A stretch of 64,000 nucleotides of DNA from a virus (Duplodnaviria > Heunggongvirae > Uroviricota > Caudoviricetes), in the IMG/VR virus record IMGVR_UViG_2513237251_000009; one strand, given 5' to 3'. Positions 48,770 to 57,970 of the stretch are shown here, piece by piece. Numbering within the stretch: position 1 is the first letter of the stretch; the number at the start of each line of letters is the position of its first letter. A program made the position numbers and the translations under genes. The notes beneath the pieces were generated by a model. The model made no database searches. It was given only the letters and a program-made list of their open reading frames with translations, and was not told where the DNA came from.

Positions 48770-48937
48770 TCAAGCATTATGCAGGCTGTTTCTTTTTATC
48801 ACCGGCCACAGCAATACCACAATGCCGCAGACCAGCACCCCATCCGCCAGCACCGACATGATTCTGCTGGTGAAATCCACCATCACCACCAGAAACAGCA
48901 GGAGTGCAGCCACAGTCAGGCGCAGTTTTACCGTCAC
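48770..48937 (-). CDS. Small two-helix membrane protein, translationally coupled to the TerB-like gene
   Basis: GTG start overlaps the upstream TGA (GTGA) with GGAGAA Shine-Dalgarno; MTVKLRLTVAALLLFLVVMVDFTSRIMSVLADGVLVCGIVVLLWPVIKRNSLHNA. Confidence 0.45.
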   Translation of the reverse strand: MTVKLRLTVAALLLFLVVMVDFTSRIMSVLADGVLVCGIVVLLWPVIKRNSLHNA

Positions 48938-49366
48938 AGGTGATTCTCCAGACGAAGACCCAGAACACCGGCAATCTCTTCCAGCACCTTGCGCTCTTCC
49001 GGCTCAATTTCGCCGTCTGCCTCCGCAATGGCCACCGCCACATCCAGCACATCTTCCGCTTCACGCGTATCGTGTTTCACATCCTCGATCTCACGTAACG
49101 CCGCACGACGACCAGTTTTAAAGTTCGTATCCAGCTGACCGATAATGGTTGCGCTAATCGCATTAATTTCTGACGTAAACGCGGACAGCGCAGGCTGATT
49201 ACGCAGTACCTGTTCGATCTTCGCTTTCTCGGATGCCTCACATTCACCATCTGCACAGGCCACCAGGTATGCGGCGTTAATCACCACCTGTGCCAGATCG
49301 CGTTTTTCAAACTTTTTAATTTCCGTTGCCGCTCTGCGGGCTTTTTTTACCAAAAATACCAAACAT
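48934..49366 (-). CDS. TerB-family (tellurite-resistance TerB-like) protein, split by a frameshift in an A7 run
   Basis: ATG 49364-49366 gives MFGIFGKK; the long frame 48934..49395 carries two TerB-like A.ADGE...EE repeats; removing one A from the A7 run at 49342-49348 joins them. Confidence 0.6.
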
Positions 49367-49448
49367 CGTGACGTTCCTTTGGGTGGGTGAGCCAACGCCC
49401 GGGAGCGATCTGCCCACAGAGAAAGTCACACTGACCACTCCGTAAGCT

Positions 49449-49461
49449 CCCCCCCCCCCCC
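49449..49461. repeat. Poly-C homopolymer tract (13 nt) upstream of the TerB-like gene
   Basis: Thirteen consecutive C on the plus strand, read directly from the sequence. Confidence 0.9.
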
Positions 49462-49541
49462 GAAAGGCTCTGTGGTTGGTATGTGCCGGGCGTGGCGCAG
49501 ATACAAAAAAGGCCCGCAAAAGCGAGCCGGGAAAATAAGTG

Positions 49542-49618
49542 TGGCGCGTTGTACTGGAGTCGAACCAGTGACCGATTGCTTAGAAGGCAATTGCTCTGTC
49601 CTGCTGAGCTAAAAACGC
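49542..49618 (-). tRNA. argO: tRNA-Arg (anticodon UCU)
   Basis: Cloverleaf with acceptor GCGTTTT/ACAACGC, anticodon loop CTTCTAA, T-arm GGTTCGACTCC, CCA end; gene name by analogy to the Stx-phage ileZ-argN-argO cluster. Confidence 0.8.
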
Positions 49619-49631
49619 AGAATACCGATAA

Positions 49632-49708
49632 TGGACCGCCATCGGAGACTCGAACCCCGCGAAACCAGCTTCGAAGGCTGGCGTTCTATCCCGATGAGCT
49701 AATGGCGG
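49632..49708 (-). tRNA. argN: tRNA-Arg (anticodon UCG)
   Basis: Acceptor CCGCCAT/ATGGCGG, anticodon loop CTTCGAA, T-loop TTCGAGT, CCA end. Confidence 0.75.
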
Positions 49709-49715
49709 TATGTGA

Positions 49716-49791
49716 TGGTGGCCCTTGCTGGATTTGAACCAGCGGCCTGGCGATTATGAGTCGCTCGCTCTCACCACTGAGCTAAAGGGCC
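49716..49791 (-). tRNA. ileZ: tRNA-Ile2-like (anticodon CAU)
   Basis: GGCCCTTTAGCTCAGTGGTGAGAGC...CTCATAA...GGTTCAAATCCAGCAAGGGCCACCA closely resembles recalled E. coli tRNA-Ile2; tRNA-Met not excluded from sequence alone. Confidence 0.75.
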
Positions 49792-50001
49792 GGGCGCAGG
49801 ATAATAACGTTACGAAATCAATGTTGCAAGCATTCAAGAATCACCTGGTTAAAAATTACCCTTACTTCCTCCACCAGCGCATTCACCATGTCTATCCGAG
49901 ATAAGTGGCACAAAAAAACCCGCTTGTGGGCGGGTTTTGTTTGCTTTTGCCATCACGTACAAAATCGGCAAAATATCAGATTTGCATGAAATATATGCCT
50001 T

Positions 50002-50691
50002 TCAATCTACTTTTGCAACACTTTGCTTTGAAAATGCCGCCTTTTGTTTTGAACGCGTTCTCATTACAAACAATAAAGCCTCACTATCCAGTCGGTGAAA
50101 AATGTGTTTCATTGCAACCCAGTGACGAGTAAATGTTTTGGACCAGTTTTTAGTTGTCACTCCCACCAGTAATGCCAGCTCCTTGTATTCATAACCTTCC
50201 CCACCAAAAAGTTCTGCTTTTACTGCCTGCGCCGCCAGCCAGATTAATTTTTTCAGGCGTTCCTGCGTTTTCCCTGCAATTTTTCTGGTACCGGATTGAG
50301 TATTAAATTCATTCCACGCCCACTGTGTTATCGCGATCTGATATTCCCAACAAATACTCCCGCTGTAACACCACAACAACCAGGCTTTATGATGTTCTTC
50401 AAGAGACAGAACAGCCCGCCGCCACGATGATGTCGAAAACTCAACCGGACTGACCAGAGGAATTGACGTCACCTTCGCCAGCGATTGCTTTCCCGGGATT
50501 GGTGGATTATCCCGCGTTATCATTTTTCCAGTCACTTCATCGCGGTACCGGATTTTTTTTCGCCTGTAACGCCCTGTATCGAACATGGCATTCTCCTGCC
50601 AGGCTTCAAGCTGACCTTTTGTTGCCCCACTCAAATCAGCGGTGGCGATAATGAGCTGCTCACGCACAAACTGTAAATAGTGGTTATTCAT
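50002..50691 (-). CDS. Putative late antiterminator Q-like protein (position-based)
   Basis: ORF track 50002..50697 (GTG); ATG 50689-50691 overlaps the rusA stop; immediately upstream of the tRNA cluster; family not recognised from sequence. Confidence 0.45.
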   Translation of the reverse strand: MNNHYLQFVREQLIIATADLSGATKGQLEAWQENAMFDTGRYRRKKIRYRDEVTGKMITRDNPPIPGKQSLAKVTSIPLVSPVEFSTSSWRRAVLSLEEHHKAWLLWCYSGSICWEYQIAITQWAWNEFNTQSGTRKIAGKTQERLKKLIWLAAQAVKAELFGGEGYEYKELALLVGVTTKNWSKTFTRHWVAMKHIFHRLDSEALLFVMRTRSKQKAAFSKQSVAKVD

Positions 50692-51047
50692 GCGCACTCC
50701 AGTTCTGTGATTTTTATCCCCAGCCGCTCACCAGGAACGAGCTGACCGCGCACAATATTGATTTCATCAAACTGCTCGTCGTCTATGAGAAGTCCGGCAT
50801 GCGTCAGCACATCCAGTGGTGCTTTCAGGATATTGTCCAGGTCACGACGGCGCTTATCCGGTGGCTCTGCAATAATCTTTATCACCAGCCTTCCGGACAG
50901 GTTTAATTTCAGCCGCTGCTGGCGAACAATAAGTGCCACATCCCGGCGATAACGCTCACCGGCTTTTGATACAAAATATGTGCTGCCACGACGTCGCCAG
51001 TAGGTGTTCACCGTCGGCGGGTAAGGCAAAACAAACTCTATACGCAT
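50688..51047 (-). CDS. rusA: RusA Holliday junction resolvase (full length)
   Basis: 119 aa; MRIEFVLPYPPTVNTYW...RRRDLDNILK...ITELECA. Confidence 0.9.
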   Translation of the reverse strand: MRIEFVLPYPPTVNTYWRRRGSTYFVSKAGERYRRDVALIVRQQRLKLNLSGRLVIKIIAEPPDKRRRDLDNILKAPLDVLTHAGLLIDDEQFDEINIVRGQLVPGERLGIKITELECA

Positions 51048-51059
51048 CAGTAACCTCTT

Positions 51060-52109
51060 TTACCCGAGCACGCCGGTTGCAAAGGCGTGATCAAGAAAAC
51101 GAAAAATTAAATCAACCTGGGAACCATGCTTTTCTTCGAACGCCAGCGGATCCGCATGAAGCTCGTTGTGATGCTCCCGACACAGCGGTAGCGTGAAAAT
51201 ATCGTGGGATTTTGTTCCCATTCCGCCCTGACCATGACCAATCAGATGATGAGGATCGTCCGCTGGCTTACCACAACACGCACACGGCTGTGTCTTTACC
51301 CAGCGTGTGTATTTCTCATTTACCCAGCGGCGACGTTTAGGTCGTTTCATGAAGGATTCCGGAGACTCCGGATCAACGGCAATGCTGACCACCGTCTTTT
51401 CCTGTGGTGGGTTCTGTTGCTGGTGGGTGTGAGGCGGTAGCGCAATATTTTTTGTGCGCTGCTTCAGTATGCTGGTGGCGGTCTGTTCTCCCGGTATGAT
51501 GTCGCTTTCACGGTATACGGAGCGGATTTTTTCCGCACGCAACCCCAGCGAACGACGTAATACCGCTTCCGGTAGCGCGTCCGCCACCTGATTGCGGACC
51601 GCCCACCAGGATAATTCAGCCAGAGATAATTCACGCTCCTGTGCGCCATTCATTGCGTGACGGATGATGTCAATCATCCAGGCGGCCAGATTCTGTTGAG
51701 CAAGTTGATCCAGTGAATCAGATGTCTGCTCCCGCAGCTGGTTGTCGCAGTGCCAGCACAACACCATCGCGCCGGTACCGTAACGGTGAATGACGGTTTC
51801 GCTGTGATGATAATCACCGTGTAGCCACTGGCAGGATTTCACGTGACGTAATAACCAGTCAGACAGTGCACCAGCGCCACCCGCAGCACGGATCACCCGC
51901 TCATCGCTGAAAAATGGCAGTAGTGATTTATCTTCCGCCAGCGGCTGGTGAACGGCAGGTACAACCCCGGACGGCAGAGCTCGCATGCTTTTTGGTTCCG
52001 GCTCCACCAGTATTCTGCCGTTATGGAATGCTGACATTGATTCACGGCCTGGCTTAACGATAACCAGACCGAGTTCCGGTACCAGAACAGGTCGAAGTAA
52101 TACCCGCAC
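51060..52109 (-). CDS. DUF968/YdfU-like nin-region protein
   Basis: 349-aa paralog of 1058..2107 with the same C-terminal Cys/His motif. Confidence 0.6.
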   Translation of the reverse strand: MRVLLRPVLVPELGLVIVKPGRESMSAFHNGRILVEPEPKSMRALPSGVVPAVHQPLAEDKSLLPFFSDERVIRAAGGAGALSDWLLRHVKSCQWLHGDYHHSETVIHRYGTGAMVLCWHCDNQLREQTSDSLDQLAQQNLAAWMIDIIRHAMNGAQERELSLAELSWWAVRNQVADALPEAVLRRSLGLRAEKIRSVYRESDIIPGEQTATSILKQRTKNIALPPHTHQQQNPPQEKTVVSIAVDPESPESFMKRPKRRRWVNEKYTRWVKTQPCACCGKPADDPHHLIGHGQGGMGTKSHDIFTLPLCREHHNELHADPLAFEEKHGSQVDLIFRFLDHAFATGVLG

Positions 52110-52110
52110 A

Positions 52111-52470
52111 TTACCTCCAGATCCGTTGCTGGAATGTGCGGGACGGACGCGGTGGCCGTTCGGAGTAAGGGAGCCTGACGGAGATTATCCAGTGACGGTA
52201 GTCGAGGCTAAGGGCTTTTTTAACCTCGCATCCGCGCCTGCGGTAACACTGAATGAGCCATTCGGCCTGTTCTTCAGTGCATGGGGGATGCTGGTACCAG
52301 TCAGATTTGAATGCGTAAAAACACCGTCCGCGCCTGCTGGCAAAGACGGCAGAATCATCAGAATTGTATAATTTGGTATCGTGCGCCATCGGTTGTCTCT
52401 GCTGGCGCAGCAGGTGCCAGTTGTTCAGGCTGGCGTGCGAATTGTAAACCAGAATGCCAGGAAAAAACAA
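52111..52470 (-). CDS. Hypothetical nin-region protein
   Basis: 119-aa ORF; C-terminus related to 2109..2381. Confidence 0.4.
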   Translation of the reverse strand: MFFPGILVYNSHASLNNWHLLRQQRQPMAHDTKLYNSDDSAVFASRRGRCFYAFKSDWYQHPPCTEEQAEWLIQCYRRRGCEVKKALSLDYRHWIISVRLPYSERPPRPSRTFQQRIWR

Positions 52471-52556
52471 AACCCGCCGAAGCGGGTTAAGTGCGGGTGC
52501 GTTGAGGATGCCTGATTCATCAGAGGTGGCGAGGGATTTCTCCCTCGCCGGGTCTC

Positions 52557-52712
52557 TTACTCCTCAGGTTCGTAAGCTGTGAAGACAGCGACCTCCGTCT
52601 GGCCGGTTCGGATTCGTACCTCGCAGAGGTCTTTCCTCGTTACCAGTGCCGTCACTATGACGGTAATACAGATGACGATCAGGGCGATTAACATCGCCTT
52701 TTGCTGCTTCAT
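52557..52712 (-). CDS. hokD: HokD (RelF) type I toxin
   Basis: MKQQKAMLIALIVICLTVIVTALVTRKDLCEVRIRTGQTEVAVFTAYEPEE matches recalled HokD. Confidence 0.85.
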   Translation of the reverse strand: MKQQKAMLIALIVICITVIVTALVTRKDLCEVRIRTGQTEVAVFTAYEPEE

Positions 52713-52950
52713 AGCCTGCTTCTCCTTGCCTTTCGGCGCGTAAGAGGCTAACCTACATGTGTCTAGCATGAAATTGGCCTCAGATTAATGTTAGGCGTCT
52801 TGCAGGACGCGTAATGTTAACTGGGGCTTTTCTCTGTCTGCCTTACGGTGGCATGCCCGAGGCAGACAGCCTCAAGCACCCGCAGCAATTCTACTTAACT
52901 CTCGCTTTACCGCAAACCGTTTTTACCCGATATGGGAATTCCCATATCGT
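52713..52950 (-). promoter_or_regulatory. hokD mRNA leader / mok / sok region
   Basis: Nucleotide-level conservation with 3123..3400. Confidence 0.5.
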
Positions 52951-52957
52951 AATGAAT

Positions 52958-53062
52958 TCAGTTCCCTAGTCGATCCATCAAAAACACAACCAGGCAGTAA
53001 ACGCCCACAACAGCAATAACAGCCAGCGCACCTTCCATTGCCAGTGAAATATCATCCGACAT
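52958..53062 (-). CDS. Small hydrophobic protein (34 aa), not in the ORF track
   Basis: ATG 53060-53062 preceded by AAGGAGGG; MSDDISLAMEGALAVIAVVGVYCLVVFLMDRLGN; single transmembrane segment. Confidence 0.35.
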   Translation of the reverse strand: MSDDISLAMEGALAVIAVVGVYCLVVFLMDRLGN

Positions 53063-53177
53063 ATTCCCTCCTTTGGTGTGAATCCCGGCGAACGTTTTTA
53101 CCCCCACCGACAAATAACATATACTAAAAAATCAATAGCTATAGCAACGCCTGTAATTGCAAAGGCTTCAGGCCAGA

Positions 53178-53822
53178 TCATTGGCGCACCTCCTGCGGCG
53201 GTTCTGGTAGCGGCATCCAGTCGGTTACATTGCGGCTCTGTGTTTCGAAAAATTCATCACCATTACGGACTACATCAAAAAACTCACCGTCTCGATATTG
53301 CGCATAAAGAACGAATGCGCCATCACATAAAATAATTACGTGCTGACCATCATCCGGCATTCGCTCACTACAGCTTATCCAATCATCCAGAGTTACCGGA
53401 TAGTTGGTTGACGTTTCCGAGATTTCCCGAAAATTATTGGTTGACGAACCCTTTTTTTCCCGAAAGTTTCCAGCCTGAAGCATGGCGGCGCTGTCTGGCG
53501 GGGCAGCATATAGCGGCACGTATATTTCCGGTTCCTTATCAGCACCGGGTTGCTCTTCCAGTGAGAATGTCTTTCCGGTAAATCGATTCATATAAAGCAC
53601 GGGCTCTGCTTCCAGCGAAGCCTGAGCAACAAGGGCCAGTGCTAAATCCAACTCAATTGCCTCGAGAGAATTTTTGAATGCTGTCTGTTTTACTGCAAAT
53701 TTCATCGCCTTTACATTTTCACTAACATGACTGATTAACTGCTCTTTTGTAAAAGTGGTCATCTCATTCTCCTTTGATGCGAATGCCAGCGACAATTGAA
53801 GCCTGATAGCTAATTCACTCAC
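53178..53822 (-). CDS. DUF551-like phage protein
   Basis: C-terminal WMPLPEPPQE motif. Confidence 0.55.
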   Translation of the reverse strand: MSELAIRLQLSLAFASKENEMTTFTKEQLISHVSENVKAMKFAVKQTAFKNSLEAIELDLALALVAQASLEAEPVLYMNRFTGKTFSLEEQPGADKEPEIYVPLYAAPPDSAAMLQAGNFREKKGSSTNNFREISETSTNYPVTLDDWISCSERMPDDGQHVIILCDGAFVLYAQYRDGEFFDVVRNGDEFFETQSRNVTDWMPLPEPPQEVRQ

Positions 53823-54214
53823 AGTACCGCCTCCTGAAAATTGCCCTGATAGAACGCCAGTACACGCAGCATAACTTCACTCTTCCGGCACTCGCCACAG
53901 ATTATGTTCTGTTGTCTGTCGTAGCGGCGTATTTCTCCGTCTGGTAACTTTCGAATCAATGTCTGGTCGGTTGCTTTCTCCGCTGCCTTACGCCATACGC
54001 GATACACCTGTTCTGATGTAAAAACACCGTATTTACCGGGCATGTATAAATCGCCACAAGCCAGTACATCCACAAGGCAACGTCTGACTGAATGCCAGCC
54101 TGCTCCCGTCGCTCTCTCCAGTTGTGATATCGTCATGCGTTCATTTTTGCGTACCAGCCCGATAATTCGGGCCTTCAGTTCTTCACGCTGTTCGTGTGTA
54201 AAAGGTTTCGCCAT
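53819..54214 (-). CDS. Hypothetical early protein
   Basis: 131-aa ORF, 4-bp overlap with the downstream gene. Confidence 0.4.
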   Translation of the reverse strand: MAKPFTHEQREELKARIIGLVRKNERMTISQLERATGAGWHSVRRCLVDVLACGDLYMPGKYGVFTSEQVYRVWRKAAEKATDQTLIRKLPDGEIRRYDRQQNIICGECRKSEVMLRVLAFYQGNFQEAVL

Positions 54215-54229
54215 AAGCGCCTCCGGCTA

Positions 54230-54999
54230 TCACTTTTCCGATACAACACGGCGGGAAGAATCAGTAATCTGTCGAACAATATCCCGGTGCTTGTTCAGCT
54301 CCCGCAGCGCGGCGCAGACTCGCTCCCACTTCTGAACATCACTTTTCGCCCTGCGCAGCGCCAGGTTTGCCCTGCGCAGGGACGGAAAAATCAGCTCATC
54401 TGCTTGCGTTTCGGTAAACGATGGCAACGGCTGCACAATGTCCGCCACAGTTTCTGTTTTAATTTCTTCCTGTGTTGCGGCTTCCCGGACTGGTAACGCA
54501 GCACCTGCTGGCTGAGGAAAGGCCTTACCATCATTTTTCGTTACCGGCGCGGCTTTCGGATCTGCTGGTAAATTACCCCCCGACATGCAGTAACGAAATT
54601 TACCGTTCTGATTAACGCGTGCCAGCCGCCCCGTTGCGGTTACCACCGCCAGCGTGGAAGCAACCTTGCGAGTACTGACGCCGAACTTACCCGCCAGTTC
54701 CTCACACGTTTTAGCACCATCCTGACCGATAAACTCAACCATCATGTCTGCGGTAACTTTTGGAGCGACCTCTTCGGTTACCACATCCGGCGCTTCAGGT
54801 TGTAGTGCCTGCCCTTCGGTTACCCCGGCTTCACCTTCGACAGCCAGAAACCAGGTGTGACCCGTTTTATCAACAACGCCATTTTTTTGAGTTCCCACAG
54901 TTCGTTAAGAACTTCTTCACGGCTGATATCAAGCCGCGCCGCCAGTTCAACAGAATTGGCTTTTCCCATCGCTTTCAGTGCATGCAATACAGTTTCCAT
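54230..54999 (-). CDS. DUF1627-like early protein, frameshifted in an A7 run
   Basis: ATG 54997-54999 gives [39 protein letters not shown]; the frame changes at the homopolymer 54882-54888 into the ORF 54230..54898; an A8 run would restore one ORF homologous to 5160..5894. Confidence 0.5.
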
Positions 55000-55024
55000 C
55001 GAAAATTTACCTCGTCAAAAATTC

Positions 55025-55765
55025 TCACATACCCTGACGTCCAACGTTTGACCGCCAGCTCTCCCAGTTAAAATTCACCCAACGACCACCATTCATGGTC
55101 ATACGGTCCATCACCCGATCTCCGAGGAGTGTGCTCATCGCTGCGTGATTCAGGTTCGTCAGCATTCCGACACTACGCATCGAAGCCGTTCTGCGGTCGA
55201 CTATCTGGTTCAGCGTGACCTGCTCGTTGCGCGTATCCCGCTGCATGCCAATTTCATCAAGGACCAGAAGGTCAACTCCACAAAGCTCCTGTAAAAATTT
55301 TTCCCCGGACTGGCCGTTGTCGTAGCCGTCATGCAACACGCTCATGACATCGGACACGGTGACGATAATCACGCTTCTCCCCTTCGCCATCAGCCGATTG
55401 CCAATCGCTGCTGCCAGGTGATTTTTACCGGTACCAGGTTTACCGCTGAACACGAAGTTTGTACATCCGGTCATCAATTCATCGGCAATGGATTTCGCCT
55501 GGCTCAGAGCATGGCGCTGACCGTCGTTCTGCACCCGGTAGTTCCCGAATGAGCACTTCCTGTGAAGCGGCTGGATGCCCGCACGGTTCAGGATTTTTTC
55601 AACCCGCACCTGATGATTCAGGCGGTTAATCTCCTCGCTGCGTTTTCGTCCTTCAGCAAGTTGCCATTCCCGCCACTCCTCCACCGTCCGGTACGGTGGA
55701 ACCGCCCCCTGTGGTGCAAGTCTGCGAATACGTTCAAGAACCCCAACTGCCGCAATGTTTTTCAT
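55025..55765 (-). CDS. DnaC-like helicase loader (IstB-type AAA+ ATPase)
   Basis: Walker A GKPGTGKNHLAAAIG, Walker B DLLVLDEIG. Confidence 0.85.
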   Translation of the reverse strand: MKNIAAVGVLERIRRLAPQGAVPPYRTVEEWREWQLAEGRKRSEEINRLNHQVRVEKILNRAGIQPLHRKCSFGNYRVQNDGQRHALSQAKSIADELMTGCTNFVFSGKPGTGKNHLAAAIGNRLMAKGRSVIIVTVSDVMSVLHDGYDNGQSGEKFLQELCGVDLLVLDEIGMQRDTRNEQVTLNQIVDRRTASMRSVGMLTNLNHAAMSTLLGDRVMDRMTMNGGRWVNFNWESWRSNVGRQGM

Positions 55766-55771
55766 GACACG

Positions 55772-56749
55772 TCACCCCCTGAATCCCGGCGGTATTTCAG
55801 TGTCCGGTTCAGAAATGTGATTCACGCAACGCTGCGCGGGCGAACGCCCCAGGCGGATAACCAGTTCATCCCATTTTTCCCGGAGTTTTGCCGGACTCAT
55901 GATGTTTTTTACCCAGAACGAATCCCGCTGGAGACGCCCAAACATTTCACAAATTTGTCTGTGAGTTCTGCCATCCAGCATCCGCATTGTCCGCACGTCA
56001 TTGGCCCATGCAGTCCAGTTGGGTTCTTTCGGTCTCGTGATCTCGCCATCATCGCTGGCCGCCTGCTCGTAAAGACTCACGATTCGTCCCCAGATCCACT
56101 GTGCGCACACCAAATCTTCCTGACTTCCCCACTGGCGTTTTTTCGCACTGAACACAACCGCGTCAGGGTGTCGGGTTAAAAAATTCTGTTCAGCCGTCTG
56201 CGGGTCCGGTTGCGAAGCGTCCGGACAAGAAGATCTTTTATCTGACGGATCAGGTTTTAATACTGACGGATCGGGGTCAATCATCGCCCCCCTAATCGGC
56301 AGTTTGTTATCAACAGTTGATCCATCAAAATTTGACGGGTCAACCGTTGAGGGGGCAATATTTGACGGGTCAACTGTTAACGGGTCATTTTTTGCCGGGC
56401 TAATTTTTCTTTTCGGTTTATATGACTCACGCGCCGCCGCAGCAGCTGCTTCGAGTTTTTCCACATTAAGCCGATAGATATTGCTTACATTACGCCCACC
56501 GACCTTACGCTCTTCCTTCGTCAGCCAGCCCTCTTTCGCCAGTTCTGCAATAGCCGATTTCACTGTGGATTCACTTCTTGCACCGATCTGACGCCGGATA
56601 GTTTCAATGGCAGGCCATGACACGCCCTCGTCATTGCTGTAGTCTGCAAGACGGGCCATAACCGCCACCCTGGATAAGATCATGCCGGTGAAGGCGCACC
56701 CTTCCCAGACAAGACCATGAAGCTTGCTGCTCATAAAACCCCCGAACAC
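55772..56749 (-). CDS. Replication initiator protein with intragenic iterons
   Basis: N-terminal HTH-like region; repeated peptide PLTVDPSNIAPSTVDPSNFDGSTVDNK encoded by DNA repeats; upstream of the DnaC-like gene. Confidence 0.6.
   Translation of the reverse strand: MFGGFMSSKLHGLVWEGCAFTGMILSRVAVMARLADYSNDEGVSWPAIETIRRQIGARSESTVKSAIAELAKEGWLTKEERKVGGRNVSNIYRLNVEKLEAAAAAARESYKPKRKISPAKNDPLTVDPSNIAPSTVDPSNFDGSTVDNKLPIRGAMIDPDPSVLKPDPSDKRSSCPDASQPDPQTAEQNFLTRHPDAVVFSAKKRQWGSQEDLVCAQWIWGRIVSLYEQAASDDGEITRPKEPNWTAWANDVRTMRMLDGRTHRQICEMFGRLQRDSFWVKNIMSPAKLREKWDELVIRLGRSPAQRCVNHISEPDTEIPPGFRG
56300..56400. repeat. Direct repeats TTTGACGGGTCAAC (putative origin iterons) within the replication initiator gene
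   Basis: Copies at 56331 and 56361 plus partial copies. Confidence 0.55.
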
Positions 56750-56756
56750 CGTGCTT

Positions 56757-57182
56757 TTAGTGCATCACCACAGCATTCCCTGCCGGGCCGCCGCGATTCA
56801 TCTGGTCATACAAAACAACCGCTGACGCAACAAAATCATCGACATCCTTCACCAGCCGATCCCTCCGTTCGACGATCTCACGGTAATATTCAGAACTGTG
56901 GCTGCGCATACGGGCCACCAGCAAAGGCGGCATCGCCTTTTCGATCGCCGGTAACAGAGCCTGCATTTTTTCAACAGCATCAGGGGTGTCTTTATCCAGC
57001 CAACGGAAAATTTTCTGGGTATTACGGGCCAGGGCTTCCGGATGGCTGTCGTCATACAGTTCCGGGAACGTCATTCCCAGCTCGAAATACGCTTTGGTAA
57101 TTTTCGCAGCCGGTACTTTTTCGCCGTCCGGATGCGCCCAGACATTCATCGCCATGCGGATGTGTTCATGCTTGATTTTCAT
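56757..57182 (-). CDS. YdaT-like (cII-position) regulatory protein
   Basis: MKIKHEHIRMAMNVWA... ...VVMH; paralog of 7476..7901. Confidence 0.7.
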   Translation of the reverse strand: MKIKHEHIRMAMNVWAHPDGEKVPAAKITKAYFELGMTFPELYDDSHPEALARNTQKIFRWLDKDTPDAVEKMQALLPAIEKAMPPLLVARMRSHSSEYYREIVERRDRLVKDVDDFVASAVVLYDQMNRGGPAGNAVVMH

Positions 57183-57481
57183 GAATCAACTCCATCAGAT
57201 AAGCATGCACTACAATCACCTTCAGCATGAACTACATGTGTTTGCCCCAAACGAATGCCGCTCGCATACTCAGGCCAAATAAGCTCCCAATCATGGGGTC
57301 GTAGCTCCGCCCTACTTACTTGGCCTTCCGTCGCAGATTCGATCATAAGGGCGCGGGTTGGAGATATAGCTGTTCGTCCAGACGCCATTTGCGATAAGTA
57401 AGATGGCGATACACCAAGTCTGGCCGCGAATTTCTTAGCATCACCAACCCTTAATGATTTAATAAACTCTTTTAATGTCAT
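57179..57481 (-). CDS. YdaS-like Cro-type HTH protein
   Basis: ATG 57479-57481 with GAGGAAGG Shine-Dalgarno; ...ARLGVSPSYLSQMASGRTAISPTRALMIESATEGQVSRAELRPHDWELIWPE... resembles recalled YdaS. Confidence 0.6.
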   Translation of the reverse strand: MTLKEFIKSLRVGDAKKFAARLGVSPSYLSQMASGRTAISPTRALMIESATEGQVSRAELRPHDWELIWPEYASGIRLGQTHVVHAEGDCSACLSDGVDS

Positions 57482-57484
57482 ACC

Positions 57485-57575
57485 TTCCTCGGTTTAGTGT
57501 TTTTTTGCGAGTTTAGTGTTTAATAAACCATTAAGTCAAGTATTTGCTTGTTTAGTGATTACTAAAGATAATTAC
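57485..57575. promoter_or_regulatory. Operator/promoter region with three GTTTAGTG repeats
   Basis: GTTTAGTG at 57491, 57512 and 57550; related GGTTTAGT at 58514 on the far side of the TA module. Confidence 0.5.
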
Positions 57576-57578
57576 CAC

Positions 57579-57950
57579 ATGCAAAAAAAAGAAATTCGCC
57601 GTTTACGTCTCAAGGAGTGGTTTAAAGATAAAACTCTGCCACCCAAAGAGAAGAGCTACCTATCTCAACTAATGAGTGGGAGAGCCTCGTTTGGAGAAAA
57701 GGCTGCCAGAAGAATAGAGCAAACATACGGGATGCCGGAAGGGTATCTGGATGCGGAATACGCAGAACAACCGGGGGGTTCTCCACCACATGCAGGGTTA
57801 ACGTCTAATCAACTGGAATTATTGCAGATTTTTTCAGCCTTCCCTGAGGATGAGCAACGCCAGATAATCAGCGAGTTAAAGCAGAAAAAAGAATCAATGG
57901 AAGATCTCATAGCGAGATGGATTGCGGCGCAAAAATGCCGCCGCGCCTGA
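57579..57950 (+). CDS. DicA/RacR-like HTH repressor (PaaR2-like)
   Basis: ATG 57579; C-terminal ...LTSNQLELLQIFSAFPEDEQRQIISELKQKKESMEDLIARW... aligns with recalled DicA. Confidence 0.75.
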   Translation: MQKKEIRRLRLKEWFKDKTLPPKEKSYLSQLMSGRASFGEKAARRIEQTYGMPEGYLDAEYAEQPGGSPPHAGLTSNQLELLQIFSAFPEDEQRQIISELKQKKESMEDLIARWIAAQKCRRA

Positions 57951-57970
57951 GTTATAAAACCGGAGGAAAC

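Noticed and set aside
49300-49550. Expected Shiga toxin genes (stxA/stxB) between the tRNA cluster and the nanS-like gene
   Set aside because: No A or B subunit-like ORFs or signal peptides are present there; the slot holds a TerB-like gene and a small membrane protein instead.
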